A DNA stretch of 64,000 nucleotides from NCBI RefSeq assembly GCF_041248615.1, contig NZ_CP158426.1; one strand, written 5' to 3'. Below, piece after piece: positions 36,476 through 48,297 of this stretch; within the stretch, counting starts at the first letter, position 1, and every line of letters begins with the position of its first letter. A program made the translations under genes and the position numbers. The DNA is from Escherichia coli. GTDB lineage: Bacteria > Pseudomonadota > Gammaproteobacteria > Enterobacterales > Enterobacteriaceae. Below the pieces are notes generated by a model. It searched no databases, was not told the origin of the DNA, and worked only from the letters and a program-made list of their open reading frames with translations.

Positions 36476-37672
36476 ATGAAAACCTGGATATTTATCTGTA
36501 TGTCCATAGCAATGTTGCTATGGTTTTTAAGTACGCTAAAACGTAAACCCAGTCAAAAGAAAGGCTGTATTGACGCCATTATACCTGCTTATAACGAAGG
36601 CCCGTGTCTGGCACAGTCACTGGATAATCTGCTGCGTAACCCTTATTTTTGCCGGGTAATTTGCGTAAACGACGGCTCCACGGACAATACCGAATCGGTC
36701 ATGGAGGAAGTCAAACGCAAATGGGGCGACCGCTTTGTTGCCGTCACGCAAAAAAATACCGGTAAAGGTGGTGCGCTGATGAATGGCCTCAATTACGCCA
36801 CCTGCGACCAGGTTTTTTTAAGTGATGCCGACACCTATGTTCCGCCCGATCAAGACGGAATGGGCTATATGCTGGCAGAAATTGAGCACGGTGCCGATGC
36901 CGTAGGCGGCATTCCCTCTACTGCGTTGAAAGGCGCGGGTCTGTTACCACACATCCGCGCGACCGTAAAGTTGCCGATGATTGTTATGAAGCGCACGCTA
37001 CAGCAGCTCGTGGGCGGCGCACCGTTTATTATCAGCGGTGCCTGCGGGATGTTCCGTACTGATGTATTGCGTAAGTTCGGTTTCTCGGATCGTACTAAAG
37101 TCGAAGACCTTGATCTCACCTGGACATTGGTGGCAAACGGCTATCGTATTCGGCAGGCGAATCGCTGCATCGTATACCCACAGGAATGCAACAGCCCGCG
37201 TGAGGAATGGCGTCGCTGGCGGCGTTGGATTGTGGGCTACGCGGTCTGTATGCGCCTGCATAAAAGACTTTTATTTAGCCGCTTCGGTATCTTCAGTATA
37301 TTTCCTATGCTGTTGGTTGTGCTTTATGGCGTTGGGATTTATCTCACTACCTGGTTTAATGAATTCATCACCACCGGGCCGCATGGTGTGGTGTTGGCAA
37401 TGTTTCCGCTTATCTGGGTCGGCGTAGTTTGTGTTATTGGTGCTTTTAGCGCCTGGTTTCATCGTTGCTGGTTGTTGGTGCCTTTAGCGCCGCTTTCCGT
37501 TGTGTATGTATTATTAGCTTATGCCATCTGGATTATTTATGGACTTATTGCCTTTTTTACTGGACGCGAACCTCAGCGCGACAAACCCACCCGCTATTCC
37601 GCACTGGTGGAAGCGTCAACCGCTTATTCCCAACCTTCTGCTACAGGAACTGAAAAACTATCTGAAGCTTAA
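36476..37672 (+). CDS. yaiP: Membrane-embedded family-2 glycosyltransferase YaiP (synthase-type)
   Basis: 398-aa ORF; GT2 motifs IPAYNEG, VNDGSTDNT, LSDADTY and a QxxRW-like EEWRRWRRW; one N-terminal and several C-terminal hydrophobic helices. Confidence 0.85.
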   Translation: MKTWIFICMSIAMLLWFLSTLKRKPSQKKGCIDAIIPAYNEGPCLAQSLDNLLRNPYFCRVICVNDGSTDNTESVMEEVKRKWGDRFVAVTQKNTGKGGALMNGLNYATCDQVFLSDADTYVPPDQDGMGYMLAEIEHGADAVGGIPSTALKGAGLLPHIRATVKLPMIVMKRTLQQLVGGAPFIISGACGMFRTDVLRKFGFSDRTKVEDLDLTWTLVANGYRIRQANRCIVYPQECNSPREEWRRWRRWIVGYAVCMRLHKRLLFSRFGIFSIFPMLLVVLYGVGIYLTTWFNEFITTGPHGVVLAMFPLIWVGVVCVIGAFSAWFHRCWLLVPLAPLSVVYVLLAYAIWIIYGLIAFFTGREPQRDKPTRYSALVEASTAYSQPSATGTEKLSEA

Positions 37673-38231
37673 TGTTAAAGAGAAAAACATTCAGATTGCA
37701 GACCAGGTAATTATTGATGAAACTGCAGGTGAAGTTGTTATCGGCGCGAATACCCGTATTTGTCATGGTGCCGTTATTCAGGGTCCGGTAGTGATTGGCG
37801 CAAACTGCTTGATAGGTAATTATGCGTTTATTCGTCCTGGCACAATAATCAGCAATGGCGTAAAAATTGGTTTTGCCACCGAAATTAAAAATGCGGTTAT
37901 TGAAGCGGAAGCAACGATTGGTCCGCAATGCTTTATCGCCGACTCGGTAGTTGCAAACCAGGCATATTTGGGCGCACAAGTACGTACCAGTAATCATCGT
38001 CTGGATCAACAGCCCGTGTCTGTTCGAACTCCAGAGGGAATTATCGCTACCGAATGCGATAAATTAGGTTGTTATATCGGGCAGCGTTCACGCCTTGGCG
38101 TACAAGTTATTATTTTGCCTGGGCGAATTATTTCCCCGAACACGCAACTTGGCCCGCGCGTGATTGTAGAACGTAATTTACCTACCGGAACTTATTCACT
38201 CCGACAAGAACTTATCCGTACAGGAGATTAA
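37521..38231 (+). CDS. yaiX: Hexapeptide-repeat (left-handed beta-helix) acyltransferase YaiX, intact
   Basis: 236-aa ORF with repeated [LIV]-G-x-x-x-x hexapeptides (VIGANTRICHGAVIQGPVVIGANCLIGNYAFI...); start uncertain because the ORF overlaps the yaiP 3' end by 152 nt in another frame; stop 1 nt before the yaiO ATG. Confidence 0.75.
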   Translation: MPSGLFMDLLPFLLDANLSATNPPAIPHWWKRQPLIPNLLLQELKNYLKLNVKEKNIQIADQVIIDETAGEVVIGANTRICHGAVIQGPVVIGANCLIGNYAFIRPGTIISNGVKIGFATEIKNAVIEAEATIGPQCFIADSVVANQAYLGAQVRTSNHRLDQQPVSVRTPEGIIATECDKLGCYIGQRSRLGVQVIILPGRIISPNTQLGPRVIVERNLPTGTYSLRQELIRTGD

Positions 38232-38232
38232 A

Positions 38233-39006
38233 ATGATAAAACGGACGTTATTAGCGGCAGCAATTTTTAGCACATTGCCCGCTTATGCCGGGTTAACTTC
38301 CATTACCGCGGGCTACGATTTTACCGATTATTCTGGCGATCATGGCAACCGTAATTTAGCGTATGCTGAACTGGTGGCGAAAGTTGAAAACGCAACGCTG
38401 CTTTTTAATCTTTCCCAGGGGCGTCGTGATTATGAAACTGAACATTTCAATGCCACTCGCGGTCAGGGTGCGGTCTGGTATAAATGGAATAACTGGCTGA
38501 CAACCCGAACGGGTATTGCCTTTGCGGATAATACGCCGGTCTTTGCCCGCCAAGATTTTCGTCAGGATATTAACCTGGCACTGTTGCCAAAAACGCTTTT
38601 CACGACCGGTTATCGCTACACGAAATATTACGATGATGTCGAAGTCGATGCCTGGCAAGGCGGCGTATCACTCTATACTGGCCCGGTGATCACCAGCTAT
38701 CGCTATACCCATTATGACTCCAGCGATGCAGGTGGTAGTTACAGCAATATGATTTCCGTGCGTCTGAATGACCCGCGCGGCACTGGTTATACGCAACTAT
38801 GGCTAAGCCGCGGAACAGGTGCTTACACCTATGACTGGACGCCAGAAACACGCTACGGCAGCATGAAGAGCGTCAGTTTGCAACGTATTCAACCGCTGAC
38901 TGAGCAACTTAATCTCGGGCTGACGGCAGGTAAAGTGTGGTACGACACCCCAACCGATGATTATAACGGTCTGCAACTTGCAGCCCATCTGACCTGGAAA
39001 TTCTGA
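38233..39006 (+). CDS. yaiO: Outer-membrane beta-barrel protein YaiO
   Basis: 257-aa ORF with signal peptide MIKRTLLAAAIFSTLPAYAG, alternating aromatic/hydrophobic beta-strands, C-terminal ...HLTWKF; RBS AGGAG upstream. Confidence 0.88.
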   Translation: MIKRTLLAAAIFSTLPAYAGLTSITAGYDFTDYSGDHGNRNLAYAELVAKVENATLLFNLSQGRRDYETEHFNATRGQGAVWYKWNNWLTTRTGIAFADNTPVFARQDFRQDINLALLPKTLFTTGYRYTKYYDDVEVDAWQGGVSLYTGPVITSYRYTHYDSSDAGGSYSNMISVRLNDPRGTGYTQLWLSRGTGAYTYDWTPETRYGSMKSVSLQRIQPLTEQLNLGLTAGKVWYDTPTDDYNGLQLAAHLTWKF

Positions 39007-39114
39007 TTCCTTCTGCCGCCCGCTATCCGGGGCGGCCTTCCCTGCCGATTAGCCCCACCCCCTTTCCTCTTTGTTTTCCGACCACATTCACCGGATAAAT
39101 TTTATTCTCCAGTG

Positions 39115-39168
39115 TTATATACTATAGGGGGTATGCATTGACATATAGAATACCCCCCTATAGTATAT
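39115..39168 (+). promoter_or_regulatory. frmRAB promoter with FrmR operator-like inverted repeat
   Basis: Arms ttatatactatagggggtat (39115-39134) and ataccccccctatagtatat (39150-39168) are inverted repeats (5 G versus 6 C); they flank a consensus -35 TTGACA (39138-39143) with TAGTAT 17 bp downstream (39161-39166). Confidence 0.6.
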
Positions 39169-39192
39169 TGCATGCAGATGATGAGGTGCGAA

Positions 39193-39468
39193 ATGCCCAG
39201 TACTCCGGAAGAGAAGAAAAAGGTCCTTACTCGAGTTCGTCGTATTCGGGGGCAGATTGATGCTCTGGAACGGTCGCTGGAGGGTGATGCCGAATGCCGT
39301 GCCATACTCCAACAGATCGCTGCCGTTCGGGGCGCGGCTAACGGGCTGATGGCAGAAGTGCTTGAAAGCCATATCCGGGAAACGTTTGACCGAAATGACT
39401 GCTACAGCCGCGAAGTCAGCCAATCCGTTGACGACACTATTGAACTGGTTCGTGCCTATCTTAAATAG
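39193..39468 (+). CDS. frmR: Formaldehyde-responsive repressor FrmR (CsoR/RcnR family)
   Basis: ORF track 39172-39468; start placed at ATG 39193 ([30 protein letters not shown], giving 91 aa). Confidence 0.93.
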
Positions 39469-39472
39469 CTGA

Positions 39473-40612
<1,140 letters not shown>

Positions 40613-40705
40613 TTTCCCGCAGGTTTTACCCCGTCCAGTTCAGGCGGGGTTCTTAATACTCTCCCCGGGCAGCCGTCCGGGGGATTAACCGTGAGATAAT
40701 GACTG

Positions 40706-41539
40706 ATGGAACTCATTGAAAAACATGCCAGCTTTGGCGGCTGGCAAAATGTGTATCGGCATTATTCCCAATCACTGAAATGTGAAATGAATGTCGGCGT
40801 CTATCTCCCACCAAAAGCCGCAAGTGAAAAATTGCCGGTGTTGTACTGGCTTTCAGGGCTGACTTGCAACGAGCAGAATTTCATTACTAAATCGGGGATG
40901 CAGCGTTACGCGGCGGAGCACAACATTATTGTTGTTGCGCCGGACACCAGTCCGCGAGGCAGTCATGTCGCAGATGCTGACCGTTACGATCTCGGGCAAG
41001 GTGCCGGGTTTTACCTGAACGCAACGCAAGCGCCGTGGAATGAACATTACAAAATGTATGACTATATCCGCAACGAGCTGCCGGATTTAGTGATACAACA
41101 TTTTCCGGCAACGGCCAGAAAGTCTATCTCAGGTCATTCTATGGGCGGGCTGGGCGCACTGGTGCTGGCGTTACGTAATCCAGATGAATATGTCAGCGTC
41201 TCGGCGTTTTCGCCCATTGTCTCCCCATCGCAAGTACCGTGGGGACAGCAAGCCTTTGCCGCATATCTTGGTGAAAATAAAGAGGCCTGGTTGGATTACG
41301 ATCCGGTGAGCCTTATTTCACAAGGTCAACGCGTTGCGGAAATCATGGTTGATCAGGGGTTGAGTGATGATTTTTACGCAGAACAGCTGCGGACTCCAAA
41401 TCTTGAAAAGATCTGCCAGGAGATGAATATCAAGACGTTAATCCGTTATCACGAGGGTTATGATCACAGCTATTATTTTGTCTCCAGTTTTATTGGCGAG
41501 CATATTGCCTACCACGCCAATAAACTGAATATGCGTTAA
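40706..41539 (+). CDS. frmB: S-formylglutathione hydrolase FrmB (esterase D family)
   Basis: 277-aa ORF; serine hydrolase motif GHSMGG. Confidence 0.95.
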   Translation: MELIEKHASFGGWQNVYRHYSQSLKCEMNVGVYLPPKAASEKLPVLYWLSGLTCNEQNFITKSGMQRYAAEHNIIVVAPDTSPRGSHVADADRYDLGQGAGFYLNATQAPWNEHYKMYDYIRNELPDLVIQHFPATARKSISGHSMGGLGALVLALRNPDEYVSVSAFSPIVSPSQVPWGQQAFAAYLGENKEAWLDYDPVSLISQGQRVAEIMVDQGLSDDFYAEQLRTPNLEKICQEMNIKTLIRYHEGYDHSYYFVSSFIGEHIAYHANKLNMR

Positions 41540-41552
41540 TAATAGTGCACGA

Positions 41553-41650
41553 CTGCCGGATGCGGCGTGAACGCCTTATCCGCCTACATTTCGCCCGTAG
41601 GCCGTAGGCATGATAAAACGCGCATAGCGTCGCATCAGGCATCTGCGCAC
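41553..41650. repeat. REP/BIME elements between frmB and yaiL
   Basis: gccggatgcggcgtgaacgccttatccgcctac... and ...gcgtcgcatcaggc REP palindromes. Confidence 0.8.
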
Positions 41651-41663
41651 GACTTATCTATGT

Positions 41664-42203
41664 TTACCACATCAAATCATCAGGCACTTTGAAGTCGGCA
41701 TACGGATCGTCTTCATCCTGCTCTTCGGCGCTGAGCGCGCTGTGCAACACAATACTGCTGGCATCACGCTGAGCAATTTTATCGGCAACGCTGGCGGGAA
41801 TAATGGCGTATTCACCTTCGCTATTGTTATCGACCAACAAGCGGGCAATCGCCAGACGACCATTAATCAACTGCGCTTGCGTGAGCTTATCGACAAAGAT
41901 TTTCTTAATCAGATTACCGTCAGTGAAGTTAAAACCAATATCGCCATTGGCAATGGTGATTCGGTTCATTTCGATAAGCTGCTTCACCTGAGCTTTATAT
42001 TCTTTCGCCAACGCCGCTTGTTTTTGCTGCTCGCTAAGCTGTTTATCACGCTCAAGCTGTGCCTTTTTGTTTTCTTCTACCGCCGCCCGAGCTTCACGCG
42101 CCTGAACACGCGATTTTTTCGCCGTTCTCTCGACCTTCGCCGCTTTTTTGCTGGTGACTAATCCTGCTTTGAGCAATTGCTCTTGTAAGGTAAGTTTTGC
42201 CAT
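41664..42203 (-). CDS. yaiL: Uncharacterised protein YaiL (DUF2058-like, Lys/Glu-rich)
   Basis: ORF track 41664-42215; start placed at MAKLTLQEQLLKAGLV (179 aa). Confidence 0.85.
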   Translation of the reverse strand: MAKLTLQEQLLKAGLVTSKKAAKVERTAKKSRVQAREARAAVEENKKAQLERDKQLSEQQKQAALAKEYKAQVKQLIEMNRITIANGDIGFNFTDGNLIKKIFVDKLTQAQLINGRLAIARLLVDNNSEGEYAIIPASVADKIAQRDASSIVLHSALSAEEQDEDDPYADFKVPDDLMW

Positions 42204-42304
42204 CTTTGTTTCCAAACCCGCTGAATAATTTTTAGCGAGTATACCTGTAAACGCCGTAGGTGTATTGGGGGCAAGTCCCTTTCGCCCCTACTTAATAAGG
42301 CGCG

Positions 42305-43516
42305 TCAGGCATCGGCGCACGGCTGCATTCGTGATCTCCGGCTCATCAAAATAAACACTGCCAGGCCAGCAACAAGAATACCCGGCGCAGAAGCGGCCAT
42401 TACGCCAACCGTGCCAGTGCCTAATGCCAGCATTTTCCCGGCCAGTAACGGACCGCTCATAGCCCCCAGACGCCCTACCGCCACGGCTGTTCCCACACCT
42501 GTTGCGCGGATCTGCGAACTGTAAAACAACGGTGCCAGGGCATACAAAACGCTTTGCCCACCTGTCGCAAACAACCCCGCGACGAATCCCGCCAGCAGCA
42601 TACCGTTAAATGACGACACCGTTCCCAGCGCCAGCAGCGAAGCTAACATGCCGCTATAAATCAGTAGCGACATGGTTACTGGACGCAGCTTATCCATCAA
42701 TGCGCCCAACATTAACGTCCCGCTTGCCGCCCCCATTTGCAGTGCAAACATCACCCCTGCCGCCTGCGATGGCTGGAATCCTTGCTCCACCAAAAGCAGC
42801 GGTAGCCAGTTGATCAACATGTAGACCACCAGCAGAGTGAAGAAATAACACAACCACAGCAGCAGCGTCGCGGTTGCCGTTTCTGGCGCAAATAACGCAC
42901 GCAGTGGTGGCGCAGCCTGTTTTTCGCCAGCGAAAACCGCCGACTCCGGCAGCCATCGCATTAATAGTGGCACCAGAATCAACGGCACTACACCACCGAC
43001 CCAAAACACCGTTTGCCAGGCTAAGTTTGCCCCCGCGAAACCCAGTGTCGCCGCCAGCGCCGCGCCAATGGGGACACCGCAATACATCAGGCTCACTGCC
43101 GTCCCACGAAAACGTGGACCCGCGGCTTCAGACGTCAGGGCGATCAGATTCGGCAACGCCGCCCCCAGCCCGACACCGGTCATCAGTCGCGCAAAGACCA
43201 GTGAGGGGAAATCCCAGGCAATCGCCGTTGCCAGTGAGAACAAACCAAACAGCGCAACTGAGCTAATTAAAATACGCTTACGACCATAACGGTCCGCCAG
43301 CATTCCGCCAACCAGCGCGCCGGGTAGCAAACCGAGTATTCCGGCGCTGAATATCCAGCCCATTTGCATTTTATCGAGTGCGAAAGCCTGGGCGATGCCA
43401 CCCGCCGCAATGCCAGCCGCCTGAAGATCCAGCCCTTCCATCAGAGCGACCAAAAAACAAAGCCCGATGGTCAGCATCAGGCGGGTTGAAGATGATGAAG
43501 GGGTACGAGTCGACAT
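42305..43516 (-). CDS. mhpT: 3-(3-hydroxyphenyl)propionate MFS transporter MhpT
   Basis: ORF track 42305-43585; start placed at MSTRTPSSSSTRLMLTIGLCF (403 aa); 12-TM MFS. Confidence 0.9.
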   Translation of the reverse strand: MSTRTPSSSSTRLMLTIGLCFLVALMEGLDLQAAGIAAGGIAQAFALDKMQMGWIFSAGILGLLPGALVGGMLADRYGRKRILISSVALFGLFSLATAIAWDFPSLVFARLMTGVGLGAALPNLIALTSEAAGPRFRGTAVSLMYCGVPIGAALAATLGFAGANLAWQTVFWVGGVVPLILVPLLMRWLPESAVFAGEKQAAPPLRALFAPETATATLLLWLCYFFTLLVVYMLINWLPLLLVEQGFQPSQAAGVMFALQMGAASGTLMLGALMDKLRPVTMSLLIYSGMLASLLALGTVSSFNGMLLAGFVAGLFATGGQSVLYALAPLFYSSQIRATGVGTAVAVGRLGAMSGPLLAGKMLALGTGTVGVMAASAPGILVAGLAVFILMSRRSRMQPCADA

Positions 43517-43594
43517 AAGATGAACCTCGTTGCGAGTGCAGGTGAATCGCGGCTGATACATTGTCAGCCGCGTAATCAGAACCATTTAATGACT

Positions 43595-43650
<56 letters not shown>

Positions 43651-43691
43651 CTGGGATGGGCATACAAAATGCACGTTCTCGGCAGTCATCA

Positions 43692-44701
43692 TTATTTGTT
43701 GTTGCGCAGATCCAGCGCCACATCGACGATCATATCCTCCTGACCGCCAACCATCCGGCGTTTGCCCAACTCAACGAGAATATCCACCGCGCTTAAGCCA
43801 TAACGCGCCGCCGCCGTTTCACAGTGACGCAGGAAGCTGGAGTAAACACCAGCGTATCCCAGCGCCAGCGTTTCGCGATCGACTCGTACCGGTCGATCCT
43901 GCAACGGACGCACCAGGTCGTCAGCGGCATCCATTAACGCATAGAGATCGGTCCCATGCTGCCAACCCAGTTTATCCGCGGCGGCAATAAATACTTCCAG
44001 CGGCGCGTTACCTGCGCCCGCTCCCATTCCCGCGAGGCTGGCGTCGATTCGGTCACAGCCCTCTTCCACCGCCGCGATAGAGTTCGCCACGCCAAGACTC
44101 AGGTTATGGTGAGCGTGCATGCCGGTTTGCGTTTCTGGTTTCAGCTCTGCTTTCAGGGCGCGGAAACGGTCACGGATATCGCTCATGTTCATCGCACCGC
44201 CAGAATCCACCACATAAATACAGGTCGCACCGTAGCCTTCCATCAGCTTTGCCTGCTTTGCGAGATTCTCCGGCGTGGTCATATGGCTCATCATCAGAAA
44301 ACCAACGGTGTCCATTCCGAGCTCGCGGGCATACTGAATATGCTGGGCGGAAACATCAGCTTCGGTACAGTGCGTTGCCACACGAACCACCCGCGCGCCA
44401 GCCTGCCAGGCATTTTTCAGATCGTGAATAGTGCCGATTCCTGGCAGCAACAACGTCGCGATTTTGGCGTGCTTCACCACATCCGCCGCTGCTTCAATCC
44501 ATTCTAGGTCGCTATGTGCGCCGAAACCATAGTTAAAGCTGGAACCTTGCAAACCGTCGCCGTGGGCCACTTCAATCGAATCCACGCGGGCATCGTCCAG
44601 TGCTTTGGCAATCTGGCGGACATTTTCCAGCGAATACTGATGACGAATGGCGTGCATACCGTCACGCAACGTGACGTCCGAAATATAAAGTTTTTTACCG
44701 T

Positions 44702-44705
<4 letters not shown>
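43692..44705 (-). CDS. mhpE: 4-hydroxy-2-oxovalerate aldolase MhpE
   Basis: 337-aa [27 protein letters not shown]...; DRE-TIM aldolase. Confidence 0.96.
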
Positions 44706-46467
<1,762 letters not shown>

Positions 46468-47334
46468 TTAAGGGCGTGCGAGGAAATTCAGCACCAGTTG
46501 ATTGAAAGCGTCGGCATGTTCCCACTGCGCCCAGTGACCACAGTCGCGGAAGATATGCAGTTCAGAACCGGCAATGCCGGACAGCAGACGCAGACCCGCA
46601 TCCATCGGCACAAAGCGGTCGTTGCGCCCCCAGACAATCAGGGTTTGCGCTTTGATTTCCGCCAGACGTGGGCCAAAATCCGGGAACTGTTTCGGATTGG
46701 CTTCCAGGCTCTTAACGAAGTTTTCCAGGTGATCGCGGCGCGACAGCATATTATTCAGGCGCGCTTCAAACAGGGCGTCGGTCAAATCGCTGGTATCAAA
46801 AACGAAGATATCCATCATCAGCTTCAGGTTTTCGATAGTCGGCTGACGATAAAGCTGATTCAGTCGCTTAATACCTTCGGTTGGCATCGGCGTAAACAAA
46901 CTCATGCCGCCCGTACCGCCGCCCATCAGCACCAGTTTGCCGACGCGCTCCGGCCAGTTAAGAGTGAACGCCACAGAACTGTGGCCGCCCATCGAGTTGC
47001 CCAGCAGGTGGATTTTGGCGATATCCAGTTGATCCACCACGCTTTTCAGGATTCGTGCATTAAGATCCGATCGCGAACCACTATTAACGATCGAATCGCT
47101 CTTACCCCAACCCGGGCAATCCAGCAGGATCACCCGATAGCCCGCCTCTACCAGCGGATCGATATTGCGGCTGAAGTTCGCCCAGCCAGTAGCACCCGGG
47201 CCGGAACCGTGCAGCAGGACAACAGTTTCGTCGCCTTGTCCGCAGTCATTAAAATAGATGCGCAGCGTTTTACCCGCTTCTTCTACATTCAGAAAACGGC
47301 TGGTGGCGGCTTCGGTTTGTGGCTGATAACTCAT
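46468..47334 (-). CDS. mhpC: 2-hydroxy-6-oxononadienedioate hydrolase MhpC (alpha/beta hydrolase)
   Basis: ORF track 46468-47397; start placed at [14 protein letters not shown] (288 aa), though an upstream Met is possible; GNSMGG nucleophile elbow. Confidence 0.92.
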   Translation of the reverse strand: MSYQPQTEAATSRFLNVEEAGKTLRIYFNDCGQGDETVVLLHGSGPGATGWANFSRNIDPLVEAGYRVILLDCPGWGKSDSIVNSGSRSDLNARILKSVVDQLDIAKIHLLGNSMGGHSSVAFTLNWPERVGKLVLMGGGTGGMSLFTPMPTEGIKRLNQLYRQPTIENLKLMMDIFVFDTSDLTDALFEARLNNMLSRRDHLENFVKSLEANPKQFPDFGPRLAEIKAQTLIVWGRNDRFVPMDAGLRLLSGIAGSELHIFRDCGHWAQWEHADAFNQLVLNFLARP

Positions 47335-47351
47335 CATCTTCTCCTGCATAT

Positions 47352-48296
47352 TCAGTTCTCTGTTCTGGCGCTTAACGAGCCAAATCCGGCAATCCACTCC
47401 GGGATTGGGCGGTAATAACGCCCTTCGCTACGCCAGTTGCCAAACGCAGAAATAGCGGCAAAAGCGGCGACCCAGGTTTTGATTTCATGTGTCGACTTTC
47501 CGGCAATGGCGGAAAGCTCTTCGTTACTGACGGCATCCAGTTCCTGTATGCGTCCCTGCTCCAGCAAAGTCATGAACTGGTTATCCCAAATCGGGTTGAG
47601 CGGATGCAGAGTTCTCTGATCCTCAACAAACTTCTCAGCGGCGCTAATCACCCGCTGCTGACGCAATTCACGCTCAGTGGCGGGTAAATCTTTCCCGCTC
47701 CCCAACAGACGGTCGCGCATATGGGCATCGGCTTTCGCCAGTTCTGGCACCGGCGGCTGATGGGAAAGCCCACCGGACCCAAGGAACAGCACGCGTTTAT
47801 TGAGAGTGCTGGTGAAACGTCCAATGGCTTCCCCCAACATGCGGGTACGCTGGAAACCGGGCAGCGGTGTGGCGACACCGTTGATGAACACAGGCAGAAC
47901 CGGCACCTTATCCAGCCCACCGAGCAGGAACTCCAGCGGCTGGGCGAACCCGTGGTCCACCTGCATACAGTAAGAAACGGCAAGATCGATCCCGCTCTTC
48001 ATGACGGCATGCGCACAGGCCTCCGCCAGCTCCACAGGCACGGGCAGCTCTCCTGCCGCACTGCCGAAATCACCAATTGCCGTCGCTCCAACGCCTAAAC
48101 AGAACGGTGGCATCACGTCATAGAAAAAGCCGTTGTAGTGATCTGGCGCAAACAGCACCACCAGTTCAGGGGAGAAAGCCGCAATACGCTCGCGGGCGCT
48201 GGCAATCACGCCATTGACCTCATCGAGCACCTCTTGCGCCGGGTCGACATACCCCACCAGCGGCGAGTGGGAAAGACAGTGAAGATAAGCGTGCAT
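47352..48296 (-). CDS. mhpB: 3-(2,3-dihydroxyphenyl)propionate extradiol dioxygenase MhpB
   Basis: 314-aa [26 protein letters not shown]... Confidence 0.95.
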   Translation of the reverse strand: MHAYLHCLSHSPLVGYVDPAQEVLDEVNGVIASARERIAAFSPELVVLFAPDHYNGFFYDVMPPFCLGVGATAIGDFGSAAGELPVPVELAEACAHAVMKSGIDLAVSYCMQVDHGFAQPLEFLLGGLDKVPVLPVFINGVATPLPGFQRTRMLGEAIGRFTSTLNKRVLFLGSGGLSHQPPVPELAKADAHMRDRLLGSGKDLPATERELRQQRVISAAEKFVEDQRTLHPLNPIWDNQFMTLLEQGRIQELDAVSNEELSAIAGKSTHEIKTWVAAFAAISAFGNWRSEGRYYRPIPEWIAGFGSLSARTEN

Positions 48297-48297
48297 A

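Noticed and set aside
42260-42292. Possible terminator hairpin ggggc...gcccc downstream of mhpT
   Set aside because: Short stem and no T-run on the relevant strand; not convincing enough to annotate.
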